Source: Squalus acanthias
Taxonomy: Eukaryota
Direction: 5' to 3'
DNA length: 64,000 nucleotides
Assembly (NCBI GenBank): GCA_030390025.1
Contig: CM059449.1
Coordinates: 33,294,001 to 33,358,000 of the forward strand
Every line of letters begins with the position of its first letter. Positions within the stretch are counted from its first letter, which is position 1. Positions 1 to 13,299 of this stretch are shown here, one piece after another. A program made the translations under genes and the position numbers. The notes below the pieces were generated by a model that saw nothing but the letters and a program-made list of their open reading frames with translations, had not been told where the DNA came from and ran no database searches.

Positions 1-520
1 AGAGTGATTCCTGGATTGAGAGGGCTGTCCTATGACGAGAGATTTTTTAGAATGGGCCTATACTCTCTTTAGTTTAGAAGAGTGAGAGGTGATCTCATTG
101 AAACATTCAAGATTCTGAATGGGATTGACAGGGTAGATTGAGAGGTTGTTTCCCCTGGCTGGAGTGTCTAGAACTAGGGGGCATAGTCTCAGGATAAGGG
201 GTCGGCCATTTAAGACTGAGATGAGGAAGAATTTCTTCACTCAGAGGGTTGTGAATCTTTGGAATTCTTTGCCCCAGAGGGATGTGGATGCTGAGTCTTT
301 GAGTCTATTCAAGGCTGAGCTAGATAGATTTTTTGGACTAAGGTGAATCAAGGGATATGGAGATCGGCCGGAAAGTGGAGCTGAGGTCGGTGATCAGCCA
401 TGTTCTTAGTGAATGGTGGAGCAGGCTCGGGGCGCGGGGCGGGGGGCGGGGGGCGGGGGGAGGGGGGGAGGTGCGGCGGTGGCGTATGTCCTACTCCTGC
501 TCTTACTTTTTATGTTCTTA
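1..520 (+). mobile_element. CR1 3' fragment
   Basis: RTRGHSLRIRGRPFKTEMRKNFFTQRVVNLWNSLP; (TATGTTCT)-like tail near 511. Confidence 0.9.
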
Positions 521-2716
521 TGTTTTTAAAATATCGCATCTGTTGAATACCGTTATCGGGTCCCAGAAACTTTTCAAACAGTGCCTTTTTTATGTACATA
601 GCTGCGCTCCTACAATTCTGGCCTGTTGTGCATTCCCGATACTGGAATGGCGGATCCGAATAACTTCCCAATGCAACGTTCCAATTTATTGGATCCGCTG
701 GAGTTTCCAAGTATTCTATTTTAACAAATCTGACTCTGAAAATACCGAAAGAAAGCGGACGAAAGTGAATTCACCATTTAGAATACCATTGCCATTTCCG
801 AGTTGGAGTTAAAGTCCCTCTGTATACATAATAGATGTAATGAGAGCTGTGCACGGAATGGTCGATGCCGTGATCCGACTGTGTAATATGTTGTGGATGC
901 TTTAAGCAATGTGCTCTGTGTTATATTTGTTGTCGCTTGCAGTTTATGTGCAGGTACTTTCTGCTAACACTGCTCGTCTCTGACTGACAAAAAACGAAAC
1001 CTTGCGGCTTTAGCATCTGCCGAACTGGACAGACACCCGCGTCCCTTCAACAAAGCTGTTTCCGTTACGTGCTGCACAGTTCCGCATATTCAGTGATCCA
1101 ACCGTGAGAAGACAGCTAGAAATCCTTGAAACCTTTGCAATTTGCTCCATAACAGCAAAACAAACCATGAACAAACAAACTGCAGCGAATATGTAATGTC
1201 TAATATTCCATATCCCAGGACTTGTGCTGTGAACAAGGCACATTTCCCGTCTGCCTTCATTCCGCGGATCCACACCATGACTAGACCCCGGCAGTTTAGT
1301 AACTGCTATGGAGATCCTCTGCTATACATGTTAAAGGGCACAGTTCCATGTACCATTAATATTCATTTAACAGTATTTGCATTCAATAATCAGCACCGAA
1401 ACCTTACCAGGTAGGAAAATTATAGGTCCAGTACAAGTGCCCCAACTTTACCAGGGCAGAGACAACTGGGCTACAATTGGCGGTGGACATTGAAATCCCC
1501 ACTTAGCTTACATTCTGTGTCCGTGCTTCCCTGAGCCTTTCCTCCAACCTGCCTTCAATATGGAGCAGTACTAAATCCTCAGTTAAGGGAGAGTGGGATG
1601 TTTTGGTAGGTGGGCTCCAGCAGGAGCTTTCCTTGGTCTTGCTTGACCGAAAGCCATGAGATATTTGTGATAGATTCTTTGTGCGTGAGGAATGGCGTGG
1701 TCTGGATGAGAAAGATTTGAAACTCTCACTGGGGGACACAGGTTCAACACAAAACTGGAAGAATGTGAGATTTCATATCAGTGTTTTATGGGGTCACACC
1801 GCCCCACAGGGTGATTTCAGATCAGTGTGTTACGGCCACTTTCAAGAGTGCAGAATAGCAGTTTAAAGTAAGTCAGAAGACACAGATCTAGGTTAATGGC
1901 TTGGGAGTTGAAAACTAATATTAGGAGCAACTTTTCTCAAGGATGATGAAAGCTACGATAAATTCTTCAGTAGGAAAGCACGAATGGTAATCATTGGCGG
2001 TGTTCCCAATGCAGTTCGTATCTACTCGGAAAGTCCTGTCCACGGAGGGATGAGTTGCAATGTGCCCAATGGCTTTTTCTTGTACAGTAAATGTCACCCT
2101 ATATTTTACCACAATAAATATTTGGCACTGGTCCTCCAGGTTTCTTCAATATTAGTTTAGGAAACATCACTGAGGAAAAACCTGGTAAAATATAAAGAAA
2201 AATATTCCCCGCTCACTGAACGCTACAGGTGTATGCTGGGATATTAGGCCTAGTTAACAATCCCAGATTGAACCGTCACCATTCAACTCAAAGTCCAAGC
2301 TTCTGAAAGAGAATGAGGCCTTTGAGGAAGACATTAAAAGATGCAAAAGACAATTTATTGAATAGAATTAATTATTCTATTTTAAAATATAATAGCTGAC
2401 GTTTTAAAATGTAATCTCTTATTGTGGACAATAGAATGTTCAGATAACCGCGATTGAAAAAAAACACAAAATATGTTTGAGTGTTTGGTGGGATGTGGTT
2501 TAAAAAGATCAATCCTGGATGGATGGATGGAGGGGCGGGCGGGCGGGCGGACTTCCATATTTTAGGTGTCATTTTATCTTCTCAGGAAAGATGTATTAAT
2601 TTTAACTAAATAAATATTTCTGCTGTCAGAATATAAGTTTAGACTATTGCATAAATTGCTCAGTGAACTGGTGTTTGTAACACTTGATGTTATTTCAATA
2701 TGTTATGGTGTTTTAG

Positions 2717-2976
2717 ATTCTCACTCTTTGATGAATCACTACACACTGGACCATGGGATTTCTGATCTTCCGGACTATTGTATAATGGAGGTTGTGGATG
2801 GCTGTGAGATAAACTATTGTGACAGCAATATGTACATAACGGTTCCAAGGAAGCAGTGGATGGTGAATTCCTATTACACCAGTTACTGTGAGGAACTCAT
2901 AATTACTGCAGCCAGTTTCCACGGAATCAGAAAGGGCAACTTTCCAGAACGTTACAGCAGATGAACCTCAGTTCAA
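2717..2976 (+). pseudogene. Orphan paralogous MHC class I alpha1 exon with a 1-nt deletion
   Basis: ttttag| acceptor and A|GTAAGT donor are intact. DSHSLMNHYTLDHGISDLPDY...DGCEI...VPRKQWM aligns to 12434-12694. Length is 260 nt versus 261; restoring one base gives ...QQMNLSS matching ...QQNNQTS. No alpha2/alpha3 exon found before 8097. Confidence 0.85.
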
Positions 2977-3569
2977 GTAAGTTGATGAGTAAAACAAATC
3001 CCCCTGGATCCACCTGCTGAAGCGCAGAGCACGAGAGCACGCAATCCTAGTTGAACTCTATTATTTACTGTTGCCTATTCATTCAGCTGTACCAGAGAAC
3101 TATGAAAGCAGTATTCTGTAAATATATTAGCAATATTCCAGAACAAGTAAGGGGGAGAATACAGTAGCCTAGTGACGATAGTACTGGATGTGTATCCCAA
3201 AGGTGTTGAGTCCAAATTCCAACATGGGAAGTTGAAAAATTAAAATCAATGAATCTGATAATTTGTGGGCTATCAACAAGAAAAATGACCATGGAAGCTG
3301 GTGGATTATCATAAAACCGAACTGATTCACTAATGTCTTACAGAGACGGAAAACTGACACTCTCTTTCTGGTCTGGCTTACAAGTGAATCTATCCCACCC
3401 AACATAGTTGGCTCTCAATGCAGTCAAGGCTGAAGGGATGGGCAATAAATGATGGCTTGCCAGAGTCGCTCAGTAACGCCACTTAAATTAAATGTTTTCC
3501 AGTCACTTCACCATCAACTGTTTTGCGCTGGGCCCGAGACAAATTTCCCCCTGGAGAATATAATATAAA

Positions 3570-4810
3570 TTAGTCAGCATGAATTTGTAAAAGGAAGGCC
3601 ATGTTTAACCAACCTTATTGAATAAGTTGAAGAATTAATGGAAAGAATAAACAAAGGCAATGCAGTAGGTGTGATCTACATGGACATTCAAAAGGCCTTC
3701 CTTAAGGTGCTCGATAAGAAGCTCATGGCAAAGGTCAGAGCCTATGGAGTCAGAGGTCAGATATTAGAATGAATTGAAAAATGGTTAGAATACAGAACAT
3801 AGGGGTGGGTGGTAAGGGAAATTTCCCAGACTGACGGCAAGTGGGAAGTGCTGTCTCGCAGGGATCTGTGCTGGGACCACTGTTGTCCACCAGAAACATC
3901 AATGATTTGGACTCAGAGTGTCGATGTATGGGGGATGATTTTGAATTTGCTGATCAGCCATCCGTTATACATTTCTTGGGAGATGTTTTCCCCCCTGGTG
4001 TGGAAATTTGCACATGATAACAATTGGGGTGTCCAGCCAATAATGTGGAGGACTGCAATAAAATACAAGAAGACACAAGCAGGCTTGCAGAGTGGGCAAA
4101 TACATGACAAATGAAATGCAATATAGCGAAGTGTGAGGTGGATCATTTTGGTAGGAGGAATAAGGTGGTCACCTATTCCTTGGAAGGTAAGAAACTAAAT
4201 GTGGTAGAGGCGCAAACAGATCTGGAAACACAGATGCACAAATCCTTAGAAGTAGCAACGGAAGCTGATAACACCACAACAAGTGCAAACAAAGTATTGG
4301 GGTTCATTTTTAGCAGAACAGAACATAAAACTGCGAGGTAATGTTACATTTATACAGAGCCTTGGTTAGACCAGACTTGGAGTACTGTGGGCTGTTCTGG
4401 TCGCCATGCTACAAAAAGGACATTGAAGCACTGGGGAACATACAGAATATACTTGCAAGGATGTTATCAGAATTAAGAGGACACAACTATCAGGAAAGAT
4501 TGGACTGGGCTGGATCTGGTTTCTTGTAGACACTTACAGATTAAGTAAATAATTTCGGAGTCATTTCCTGATACACAGAGTGCTGAGAATGTGGAACTCG
4601 CTGCCACGTGGAATGGTTGAAGCAGAGAGCATTGCTATTTTTAAGAATGGGCTTGATGCATACCTGAGGGAGGAGTGAATATAGGGATATATAGGGGCAG
4701 GTTTTGAAGCAGTAATTAGATTAGGATAACACCCCTGTGGAGTATAAACACCAGCTAGACCAGTGAGGCGAATGGCCTGTTCCTGTGTTGAAGATTCTAA
4801 CATGTAATTC
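3570..4810 (+). mobile_element. Degenerate CR1 ORF2 fragments
   Basis: Remnants of YMDxQKAF, KCEVDHFG, LYRALVRPDLEYC and VLRMWNSLP. Confidence 0.8.
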
Positions 4811-6224
4811 CATGTAATCGGTTGAGACAACACGGATGCAGAAGCTTGGTGGAGTCAGGGCAGTGCACTAGGTATCGGAGGAGTAATTGGATTCACTTTG
4901 ATCTCAAATTTGGTTGTGTACGAATATACAATAACAGAGAAATAAAGAAATAATTTCACAGATTAAAGTGATCATGAAATTATTGTTGTGTTCTCAGGGA
5001 ACCTGGACGTTCCACAGAATCTTGAATTGAGGAAGTTCTACAAATGGAATGCTAATTCTTTCAGAGGAAGTGAAGCTACAAGAGGAAGAGCCTCCAGGCG
5101 TGAATCATTCTAGGAGCCCGCAGTAACATATGTGTCACAAAACCCAGGGCTCGGAATTGAAAAATGATATTGTAAAATGCTGATGTCTTAATAACGGACT
5201 AGTAAATGGATTAAATGGCAATTTCACCCACGGGACCATGAGAGTCTTTGGGAAAGTGGAAACGTGGGAAAGTTAGATAAGTTAGTGGGACAGTCTAATT
5301 TAAAAAAGACTTAAACAGTTGCTGGGAGAAATGTATTTCTACGTCTTTCCCTGGTTTGGTTTTTACACTTTCTCTCTGAAATTCTCCTTTCATTCTGTGA
5401 CCTCGCCCTCCTCTAGGGGAGGTGGTACCTGATGCTGAGAGAGAGTTCTGCGGGTGCCTGCGACCTCTCCTATTTCTCTGATGTGACAACTTTTCAGGTG
5501 CGAGCCCATAGAATGAGAGTAAGCAGGACATTCCACTGTGAGTGGCAGTGCTGCGCAGCACAGACCAATCCAACATAGGTGCCCAAGGATCTTCCAGCGG
5601 CTGGTCACTCAGTATCGAACAACAATGTGTACCTGGGATATGCCAGCCCATAACACGGGGGCTAATTCTAATCCCACATCCCACCAGGTCGCAGCCTTGG
5701 ATGAAATTATAACCTCAACACAGATCAGAGGGACACATCGACTCTTTGTTGGAGACGGAAAATACCAACAAAGCAACATTTTGTAATTTCCCACCTTGAT
5801 GCAATACTGTGTGTATTCACAACAACATGTTGCAACTTGTTGCACTAACCACCCATCAAGGGTAGAGTTCTGTTCCCAAACCGTGAAAATGCAACCAAGA
5901 AACCAGTGCTACGAATATCACTGTTGATCTTGCCTGGCATTGCACACAAGGTGACCAAGGGTCAGATTCCCGTCTTTACCGCCTGGATATTAAGCCTCAC
6001 GTGGGCGGAGCACAGAGTAATACCAGTTGGAGAGGCTCCCAGACTATTAGCAGAACCCGCCTGATTTCCCTTCTATTGAACATCTAGCACTGAGTGCATT
6101 ATTCCAGGTGGGTTCGAGGTTTGGGGAAAACTGGACGAAGGCGCCCAGACATCATTCATCTCCATATATCGTTAATTCATGCGTTCTCTCCTTACTGAAA
6201 GAAACCTTTCGTTTTATATAATTC

Positions 6225-7220
6225 ATAGTTATAGAAACATAGAAGATAGGAGCAGGAGTAGGCCATTCGGCCCCTCGAGCCTGCTCCGCCATTCGATGAG
6301 ATCATGGCTGATCATCCAAACTCAGTACCCTGTAGCTGCCTTCTCCCCATATCCCTTGATACCTTTGGCATTAAAAAATATATCTAACTCATTCTTGAAT
6401 ATATTTAATGACTTGGCCTCAACTACCTTCTGTGGTAGAGAGTTCCACAGGTTCACCACTCTCTGGGTGAAGAAATACTTACTCATTTCTGTCCTAAATG
6501 GCTTACCCCTTATCCTTAGATTATGACCCCTGGTTCTAGACTCTCCGACCATCGGGAACATTCTTCCTGCATCTAGTTTGTCCAGACCTGTCAGAATTTT
6601 ATATGTTTCGATGAGATCCCCTCTCATTCTTCTATACTTCAGCGAGCATAAGCCCAATCGACTCAATCTCTCCTCATATGTCATTCCTGCCATCCCAGGT
6701 ATCAGCCTTGTGAATCTTCGCTGAACTCCTTCCATGGCAAGAACATCCTTCCTCAGATAAGGCGAACAAAACTGCACACAGTACTCAAGGTGTTGTCTCA
6801 CCAAGCCCAACTGCAGCAGGACATCCCTGTTCCTATACTCAAACCCTTTCGCTATGAAGGCCAACATACCATTTGCCTTCTTCACCACCTGCTGCACCTG
6901 CATGCTTACCTTCAGCGACTGCTGCACAAGGACACCCAGGTCTCGTTGCACTTCCCCTTCTCCAATCTATTGTTATTCAGATAATAGTCTGCCTTTCTGT
7001 TTTTGACACCAAAGTGGATAACCTCGCATTTATCCACGTTATATTGCATCTGCCACGCTTCTGCCCATTCACCCAACCTGTCCAAATCATCCTGGAGTTT
7101 CTCGGTATCCTCCTTGCAGCACACACGCCCACCCAGCTTTGTGTCATCTGGAAACTTGGAGATATTACATTTAGTTCCCTTATCTAGATCATTAATGTAT
7201 ATTGTGAATAGCTGGGGTCC
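6225..7220 (-). mobile_element. CR1 3' fragment
   Basis: ORFs 6322-6951 and 6912-7124 (LQDDLDRLGEWA, RDLGVLV, FFTQRVVNLWNSLP). Confidence 0.92.
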
Positions 7221-7909
7221 AAGGAAGATTTAGGGTAATTTAGGAATTGGACAACTTGAGATGGTTGGAGCATTGGGTGTTTTCCTAGAATAATTCAATC
7301 CCCATTTGTAAGTCACTACATTCGGTCCTTATTTTTACTCAGTACTTTGACTTTATATTTTACAGTTTACAGTTTGGCTTTGCATCGAGGAAGCACAAAA
7401 TAAAGTCAGTTCACGTGTAAAGTATGCTTGAATTTTTTTAATAAAACATTAGCCCACTCGCCGCTGCTGTAACGACAGCCGCAGTTTGGGGCAATTTTAT
7501 CCTAAGTGGCTGGGCGGGATCCCACGGGGCGGGTGGAACCTTCCATTCCCGCTCCCGCGCAATATTACTCTCCACTGACTTCAATGGAGAGTAAAATTGG
7601 GCGCGGTGTAAAACCGGCGTTGCCCCCGATCCCGTTAGTTGTTCGGCCGGGCGGGTTAGGTTAAAATTTCCCCACGGGGTCAGGAAGGGTTTAATTGCCG
7701 TGATATGAACTTCGGTGGTTCACTGTATTGAGGTTCAAGAGGCTGAATAGTTTATGACTCGAATCTCTGCGTCAACGAAGGCGTGTCCCGCTAGATTCAG
7801 GCAATATCTTCATTGTTATCAACATAACCCCCGGAGCGCTGTTTTAAACATATTTCTAACCGCCCGCCGTGTGTTGTCCATGACCACATGGCGCAGGCCT
7901 TGGATTGTG

Positions 7910-8040
7910 AGACAGTTTCGGTGCTGCTCACGGTTCAGGGACAGGCCTGAACAATCAGTGACGTATCTTTACTGCGATTGGACGGTGAGCTCCCGCACTG
8001 CCCACTTGTGAGTGAAGCTGGGCTCGGTTCATTTAAGGCG
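7910..8040 (+). promoter_or_regulatory. MHC class I-type promoter (ISRE-like, X1/X2, Y box, TATA-like)
   Basis: AGTTTCGGTG 7914-7923 (imperfect ISRE), CCTGAACAATCAG from 7946, TGACGTA (CRE/X2) 7959-7965, ATTGG (Y box) 7977-7981, ATTTAA 8031-8036. The order matches the SXY module and the surroundings are CpG-rich. Confidence 0.65.
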
Positions 8041-8096
8041 CTCAATCTTGTTCTGTCACTGGGAGAGACGGCGGGCGGACGGACGGACGGGTCGGC

Positions 8097-8148
8097 ATGT
8101 TTCTGTCAGTTGTACTGAGTTTCTCCCGCCTACAAGCGGCCCTGTCTG
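8097..8148 (+). CDS. MHC class I-like gene exon 1 (signal peptide MFLSVVLSFSRLQAALS)
   Basis: ATG at 8097, hydrophobic leader ending A-L-S, phase-1 donor G|GTGAGT at 8148/8149; lies directly downstream of X2/Y-box motifs and joins the alpha1 exon in frame (G+AG=Glu). Confidence 0.8.
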
Positions 8149-9269
8149 GTGAGTAGCCGGTTCCCGCTGCATCATTGAATGTCTCCAGGCTCACCCTCTG
8201 AACTTAGACCTTAACCGGCAGGCCTGTCGCTCACATCAGGTGTATCACACAGGGAAACTAGACAGTGTGTGCGGAAGTGAAGCAATGAAGCGGGATTGGA
8301 ATCTCCATCCTGCTTCTCAGGCTCGCTTCTCCCTTTGCTTGGATTAGATGATGTCCATTACTGTCCGGACAGCCTGACATTACAGCTCAGTTACTATGAC
8401 AGCTTGTATGTTCTCTCTGATAAGCAGGAGGGAGACGGACAGTTTGTTCCCGCTAAGCGGCTTGCGGGTACGGAAGTGTCAGTATAACTGCGAGCCCAAT
8501 CCCGACCTGACCCCTGAGTGACCAAGAGCCCAGCGGCTAGACTCCTGCAGGAAAGCGGCTCAGTCGGTTCGGGTTCACACCTGTTTCAGTGTAACTCCAG
8601 CCGGCGGGAAGCTGCATTTTAAAAGCTTCATTCTACCTCCTGGGAACTTGGAAAACCTTTTAAAACTCCCAATAAATCGGAAAAATCATTTAAAATACAG
8701 AGGGAGTGGTTCACTTTTATCACAGGGGGAAGCGGGTTCCAGCGACCGGGAACCTCTTTTACACTTTCCGACTCGCTTTAGAATGAAGCTTTGAGGCGAT
8801 CCGTGCAGGTTCGGGTGAAGATTGAGCCCCCAGAGTTAACCTCTCTGTCTCTTTCACACTGACCTGTTGCATGTTTGCAACATTTGCTGTTTGTAGCGGA
8901 TTCCCACCATGTGCGGTCCCATTCGGGCTCATGTTGACTCTGTGAGATGGTGTAAAGAGGGCGAGAGCGGTTCGGCCGCCCGTTTTCCATCGTTCTCCCC
9001 GTTTCCCCCTTCTATTGAGTTCAACGGCAGTACACATCTGGAGAGCTGTAAAAGGAGCTGCCGACTGGCTATCGCCCGTTTTACTATCGCACAAAGTCAA
9101 GATCGAGCCCACTGACTGTTGGAATTGATCGGCGCCTGCTGCTCACAGTCTGGAGCTGTTCGGGGGAAACACCAGAGGCAGCTTTCGGCACCTGTTACAG
9201 CTCGCTGTGGAAGAAAGAGAGAAAGAAAGAAATGCATTTCTACAGCGCCTTTCACCACCTCAGGACATC

Positions 9270-9540
9270 AGGTGGAAGCCGGTTTAACAGTAACTTTGAA
9301 GAAGGAATCGGACAAATACTTAAAGGGAAAACAAAAATACAGGGCTATGGAGAAAGAACAGGTAGTGGGAATCATTGGCTTGTTCTACCAAAGAGCCGAC
9401 ACAGGCACAATGGGCCGAATGGGCTCCTTCTGTGCTGTCTCATTCCATGATTGGATGGAGTTAAAATACAGATCAGCCATGACTTAATTGAATGGCAGTA
9501 AAAGGCTCGAGGGGCTGAATGGCCTCCTCCTGTTCCTAAA
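9270..9540 (+). mobile_element. CR1 3' end fragments
   Basis: CR1 terminal motifs (GGGCCGAATGG, GAGGGGCTGAATGGCCTCCTCCTGTTCCT). Confidence 0.65.
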
Positions 9541-12433
9541 TTAATGTTAGTGATATTGGAGGTGAAATGCTTACCATATTGGTGTAACATTGCTTTGCCT
9601 GTTAACTTAATGGTGCAGCCTGTTTAAAACAAGTGGGATATTCGCTGTGTTACAACAGTGGACAATAACATGTCTTACTAATATTGCCAACAGTAATTTT
9701 AGGCAGAACATGTACAGCGGTACAGCGAGTAATAAGAGTCAATGAACAAGTGTATTTGTTGCTTGGTATGAAATTCCTCTTTTCACTATTTTAGCAGAGC
9801 CTCAATCTGTTCACAGCAGATAGATTTACACCACCTCTGAAAGGGAGGAGGGTTGAATTTTCAGTTTGTATAGCTTGTAAACTTTCTATCACCCAGCAGA
9901 AACATTGAAAGTGACCAGCCTGTGATTGGCCTTTCCTTGACCTTAACAAGGCGAGGCTGTATTTGTCAGTGAGGTTTGCCCCTGTTCTGAGAAGGTGCAA
10001 ACACAGGATTGGAGATTGCTACTGCTTTTAACAGCCAGCTCTATAATCGCTACCGATCAGGTTCAGTGGGAAATATTCTCGCCGGTGCTTTCAATTTGTG
10101 TCCCAGTCTTCCTCCAGTTTCAAGTCTTTGCCATTCACCAGTGTGGTCTTTTCTAATCCAATTCCGCCCGCAGTTCCTAATGCTGGGAGTAGAGCCAGAG
10201 ATTCCCTCCCCAGTGACGGGAGGTGATTTATTTCCCATTGGATAGAATGAGTTTCACTGAACGAGATAAGCAGAATAATGTGGGAGGGGTTCGGACATCG
10301 ACAAAACCTTCCCGTTTCGCTGTGCAGGATTTTAACTGAGCGACTCCCTGAAACATGTTCCTGTTTGCTTTACTAAGCCTTTACTTTTCTCAAAGGGTGG
10401 TTCCTGGTAAGTCAAATGACAGGAATTGTGCGGCTATATTCTTTATTGCACGACATGACCGCCATCGAGAACAACGTATTTGACCCCGGTTTAGTCCGGG
10501 TAACACTGACTGCCCCGTGTTTCGTCTGGGAGACAATGACTGCCCCGGTGTTTAGTCCGGGATACACCGACTGTCTCGGACATTGCGGATGCCCTGGGGG
10601 AGCTCCTGTGTTAGTTGAAACGGTGAGGTGACGATAGGGCCTCGTGTGGCGTTGGACGCTTAAGAAAGGTGCCGGAGAGTTACTGCAGGACTGAAGTAAT
10701 GTCCCCCAATCATAGATGGGGATTTGTGCGGTGATTCAGACCGACGTGTTGGCAACGTTGGTTGGACTCATTCCAGGAGCTTTCATCACATGACCTCCAG
10801 CCCAGTCAACCCGTATTTTGTCCCCAGCTCCAATAATATTATAATTGTGATTGTTGTGTTATTGTTATCTTTCTCTCTAGTTTCTTGCAGCGGTGTCCAG
10901 GAGATTAATATTTAATTCCTGGAGACTGCGGGATAGTTCTGGAGGGTTGGTAAACCTATGCTCCGCCCGTCAGATAGATTAAGTTGGTGGGGACAGTATA
11001 ATTTTCGTGATCCGGCTTCATTTACATGAAATGAGCGCCAAGACCTTTTGATTTAAAGGCAGCCTGCAGTCCCTTAAATGGCCGCTGCACTTTTCAAGGG
11101 TGGTTAATGGAGAGCGACTTACTGGAGCAGCAGGTTTCGTGACATTATCAGGTGTCCTCCGATTCTCTGGGCAACGGTGGAAGCGCTTGTAGGGCAAGTT
11201 AGCACCGGTATTGAGGATCTCGTCTCCTCTAATAGGTAACGATAGGCCCGGCAAAATAGTCAGCTGTAATGGCGAGAGGTGGATGAGCAAGCCAATGGCA
11301 GCAACATTGGGTATAAAGTGCATGGTACCCGAAAGCGGCTGATGGAGATCGACAGCCTGTTTTGGTCTATCGCCCAATTTTATTTTCCAATGAATTCAAT
11401 CGAATAGAAATTCAGGCGGCGGGCAAAGCTGCCTGCTGATTCGCAATCGCCCATTCCGCGCTGCCGCCCAAGACAAATTTATATTCCATTTTCCCAAGGA
11501 TCTGTCTGCATTGCAGGAAGAAACGTAATGACCTCACCAGGACTGACAAGGTCAGACTCGGCTTCACATCTCTCTTACTGTCTGCACAGCCTCGCACCGC
11601 CTGAAGTTTGCCGCTGCACTTCTAATCCTTTCCTCCCCATTCCCATGGCTCTCCTCCAATCACAACTGACCCTTCACTACATTCCAGAGTGAAATTACAA
11701 GAAGCCCATTAACAGTTCAAAATGTTCAGCAGGCAGTACAAGCATTTTAAATGGATAAAGTAGTGAAATCCCACAAAATAATAGAAGAAAAATATCTCCC
11801 AAATATTCCAAAATTTTATTTGAGACAAACTGAGGATTCCTTTAATATCTGCCTCCCGATTGGTTCCACTTTGTGGGCAGGATCAGGAACTAGTGGGAAC
11901 AATGTGGGCAGAGAGGGAAATATTACTGAGGGCCCTGAAAACGTCCTTTAACCCCAATTTGCATATATTCAAGCTGCTTTTTCCCCTCTTTTGCTCAGTA
12001 AATCTGAGGCCAATTTTAATGTCGCTACAAGCAGCGGGCTGGGAGCAGATCACTGCGCACACACCAGGGATGGATTCTGCACGGCTTAGTACCATAATTC
12101 TGGGTGCACTTCCTCACTAATTCACCAAAGAATCCCCAGGTCAGACGTGGGACTAAAATCTTAAAGTTACGATTTACAAATGAGCTGAGCTGATGTAAAT
12201 TATTTCAACCATCACATTTTTCATTTATTTCGAAAATGGGAATATTCTTGTAATTGGATAAGATTTAATATTAAGGCTCATTTTGCCTTCTCTTCAATGG
12301 TTTAACACGGGAGCGATGGCAAAATATCCAGTGTTCTCGCATTTTTCTGAATACATTATTTTGTCCCTATTTGTTTAGCAAACTGACATTTCTGATATTT
12401 GTATGGAAATGATTTTCTTTTATTATGTCCTAG

Positions 12434-12694
12434 AGTCTCACTCTCTGTTATATTACTACACCCTGAACCATGGGAGTGCTGATCTGCCGGAGTACAGTGT
12501 TATGGGGCTTTTGGATGGCTGTGAGATAGACTATTACGACAAAAATTTGAAAATAACTGTTCCAAGACAGCAATGGATGGCAGAAGCATTTGAGAAGAGT
12601 TACTGGGACGAATACACAATAACTCAAGCTGGATTCCACGGACTCATCAAGGGACAGGTTGATAGATGGATGCAGCAGAACAACCAAACATCAA
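12434..12694 (+). CDS. MHC class I-like alpha1 domain exon
   Basis: tag| acceptor, 261 nt, phase 1-1, donor A|GTGAGT. Encodes (E)SHSLLYYYT...LPEYSVMGLLDG...PRQQWM...YWD...NQTS, including the conserved N86 sequon. Confidence 0.95.
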
Positions 12695-13299
12695 GTGAGT
12701 GTATTCGTTTGAATGAATGCAGTGAACGACAGGGGTCATTTAAACTTGGGGGATTGTGTAACATGAGTAACATCAAACCGCCTGATATACACCCGCCTGA
12801 TTTTCCCTTCCATTGACTTCAACAGAAAGGAACATTAGGCGAGGTGTATAATGGGCAACTATTTGAATATCACCCATTTTACACCCTCTCTGGAATGTAA
12901 CATTAACCCCAATGAATGATGTTGGTGATAAGGGGGTGAAATTCAGTGTTGGTGGGTGTAAAATGGGCAGTAGCAGCGAGGCCACCCTTTATACATGCTG
13001 CCTGATTTTCCTTTACATTCACTTCACAGTAAAATGGGCCTTGGTCTATAACAGGCGGCTTTTCCGCTGCCACCCGTTCAGCAACCCTGCTGAAGTTGAA
13101 TTTCACTTTCAGCCAGATAAAATCCGGGCGCCTGTGATTCAGCTTTTGTTTTACACCTCGATCGCAAAAGAAAATGAGATGTGGTGGAAAACGGGCGAAA
13201 TATGGGCGCCTGTGAATCAGCTGTCGTTTTACACCTTAATCGATTTTCTGAAAATCGGACCTGATGTACTCTTTTGGTGCACACTATGAACAAATAAAG

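Noticed and set aside
429-480. G-rich run with G-quadruplex potential
   Set aside because: Low-complexity expansion inside a CR1 3' UTR; no evidence of function.
520-2300. Unexplained unique-looking sequence with several short ORFs
   Set aside because: No recognisable domain or consistent exon structure by eye; a blastx/Dfam search would be needed.
4998-5130. Acceptor followed by GTWTFHRILN as a degenerate alpha2 exon
   Set aside because: Immediate stop and none of the GC, YDG, KW or C164 motifs.
12434-12694. MR1 orthologue
   Set aside because: The position equivalent to the MR1 Schiff-base lysine (K-E-P-R) reads T-V-P-R. No gene symbol assigned.
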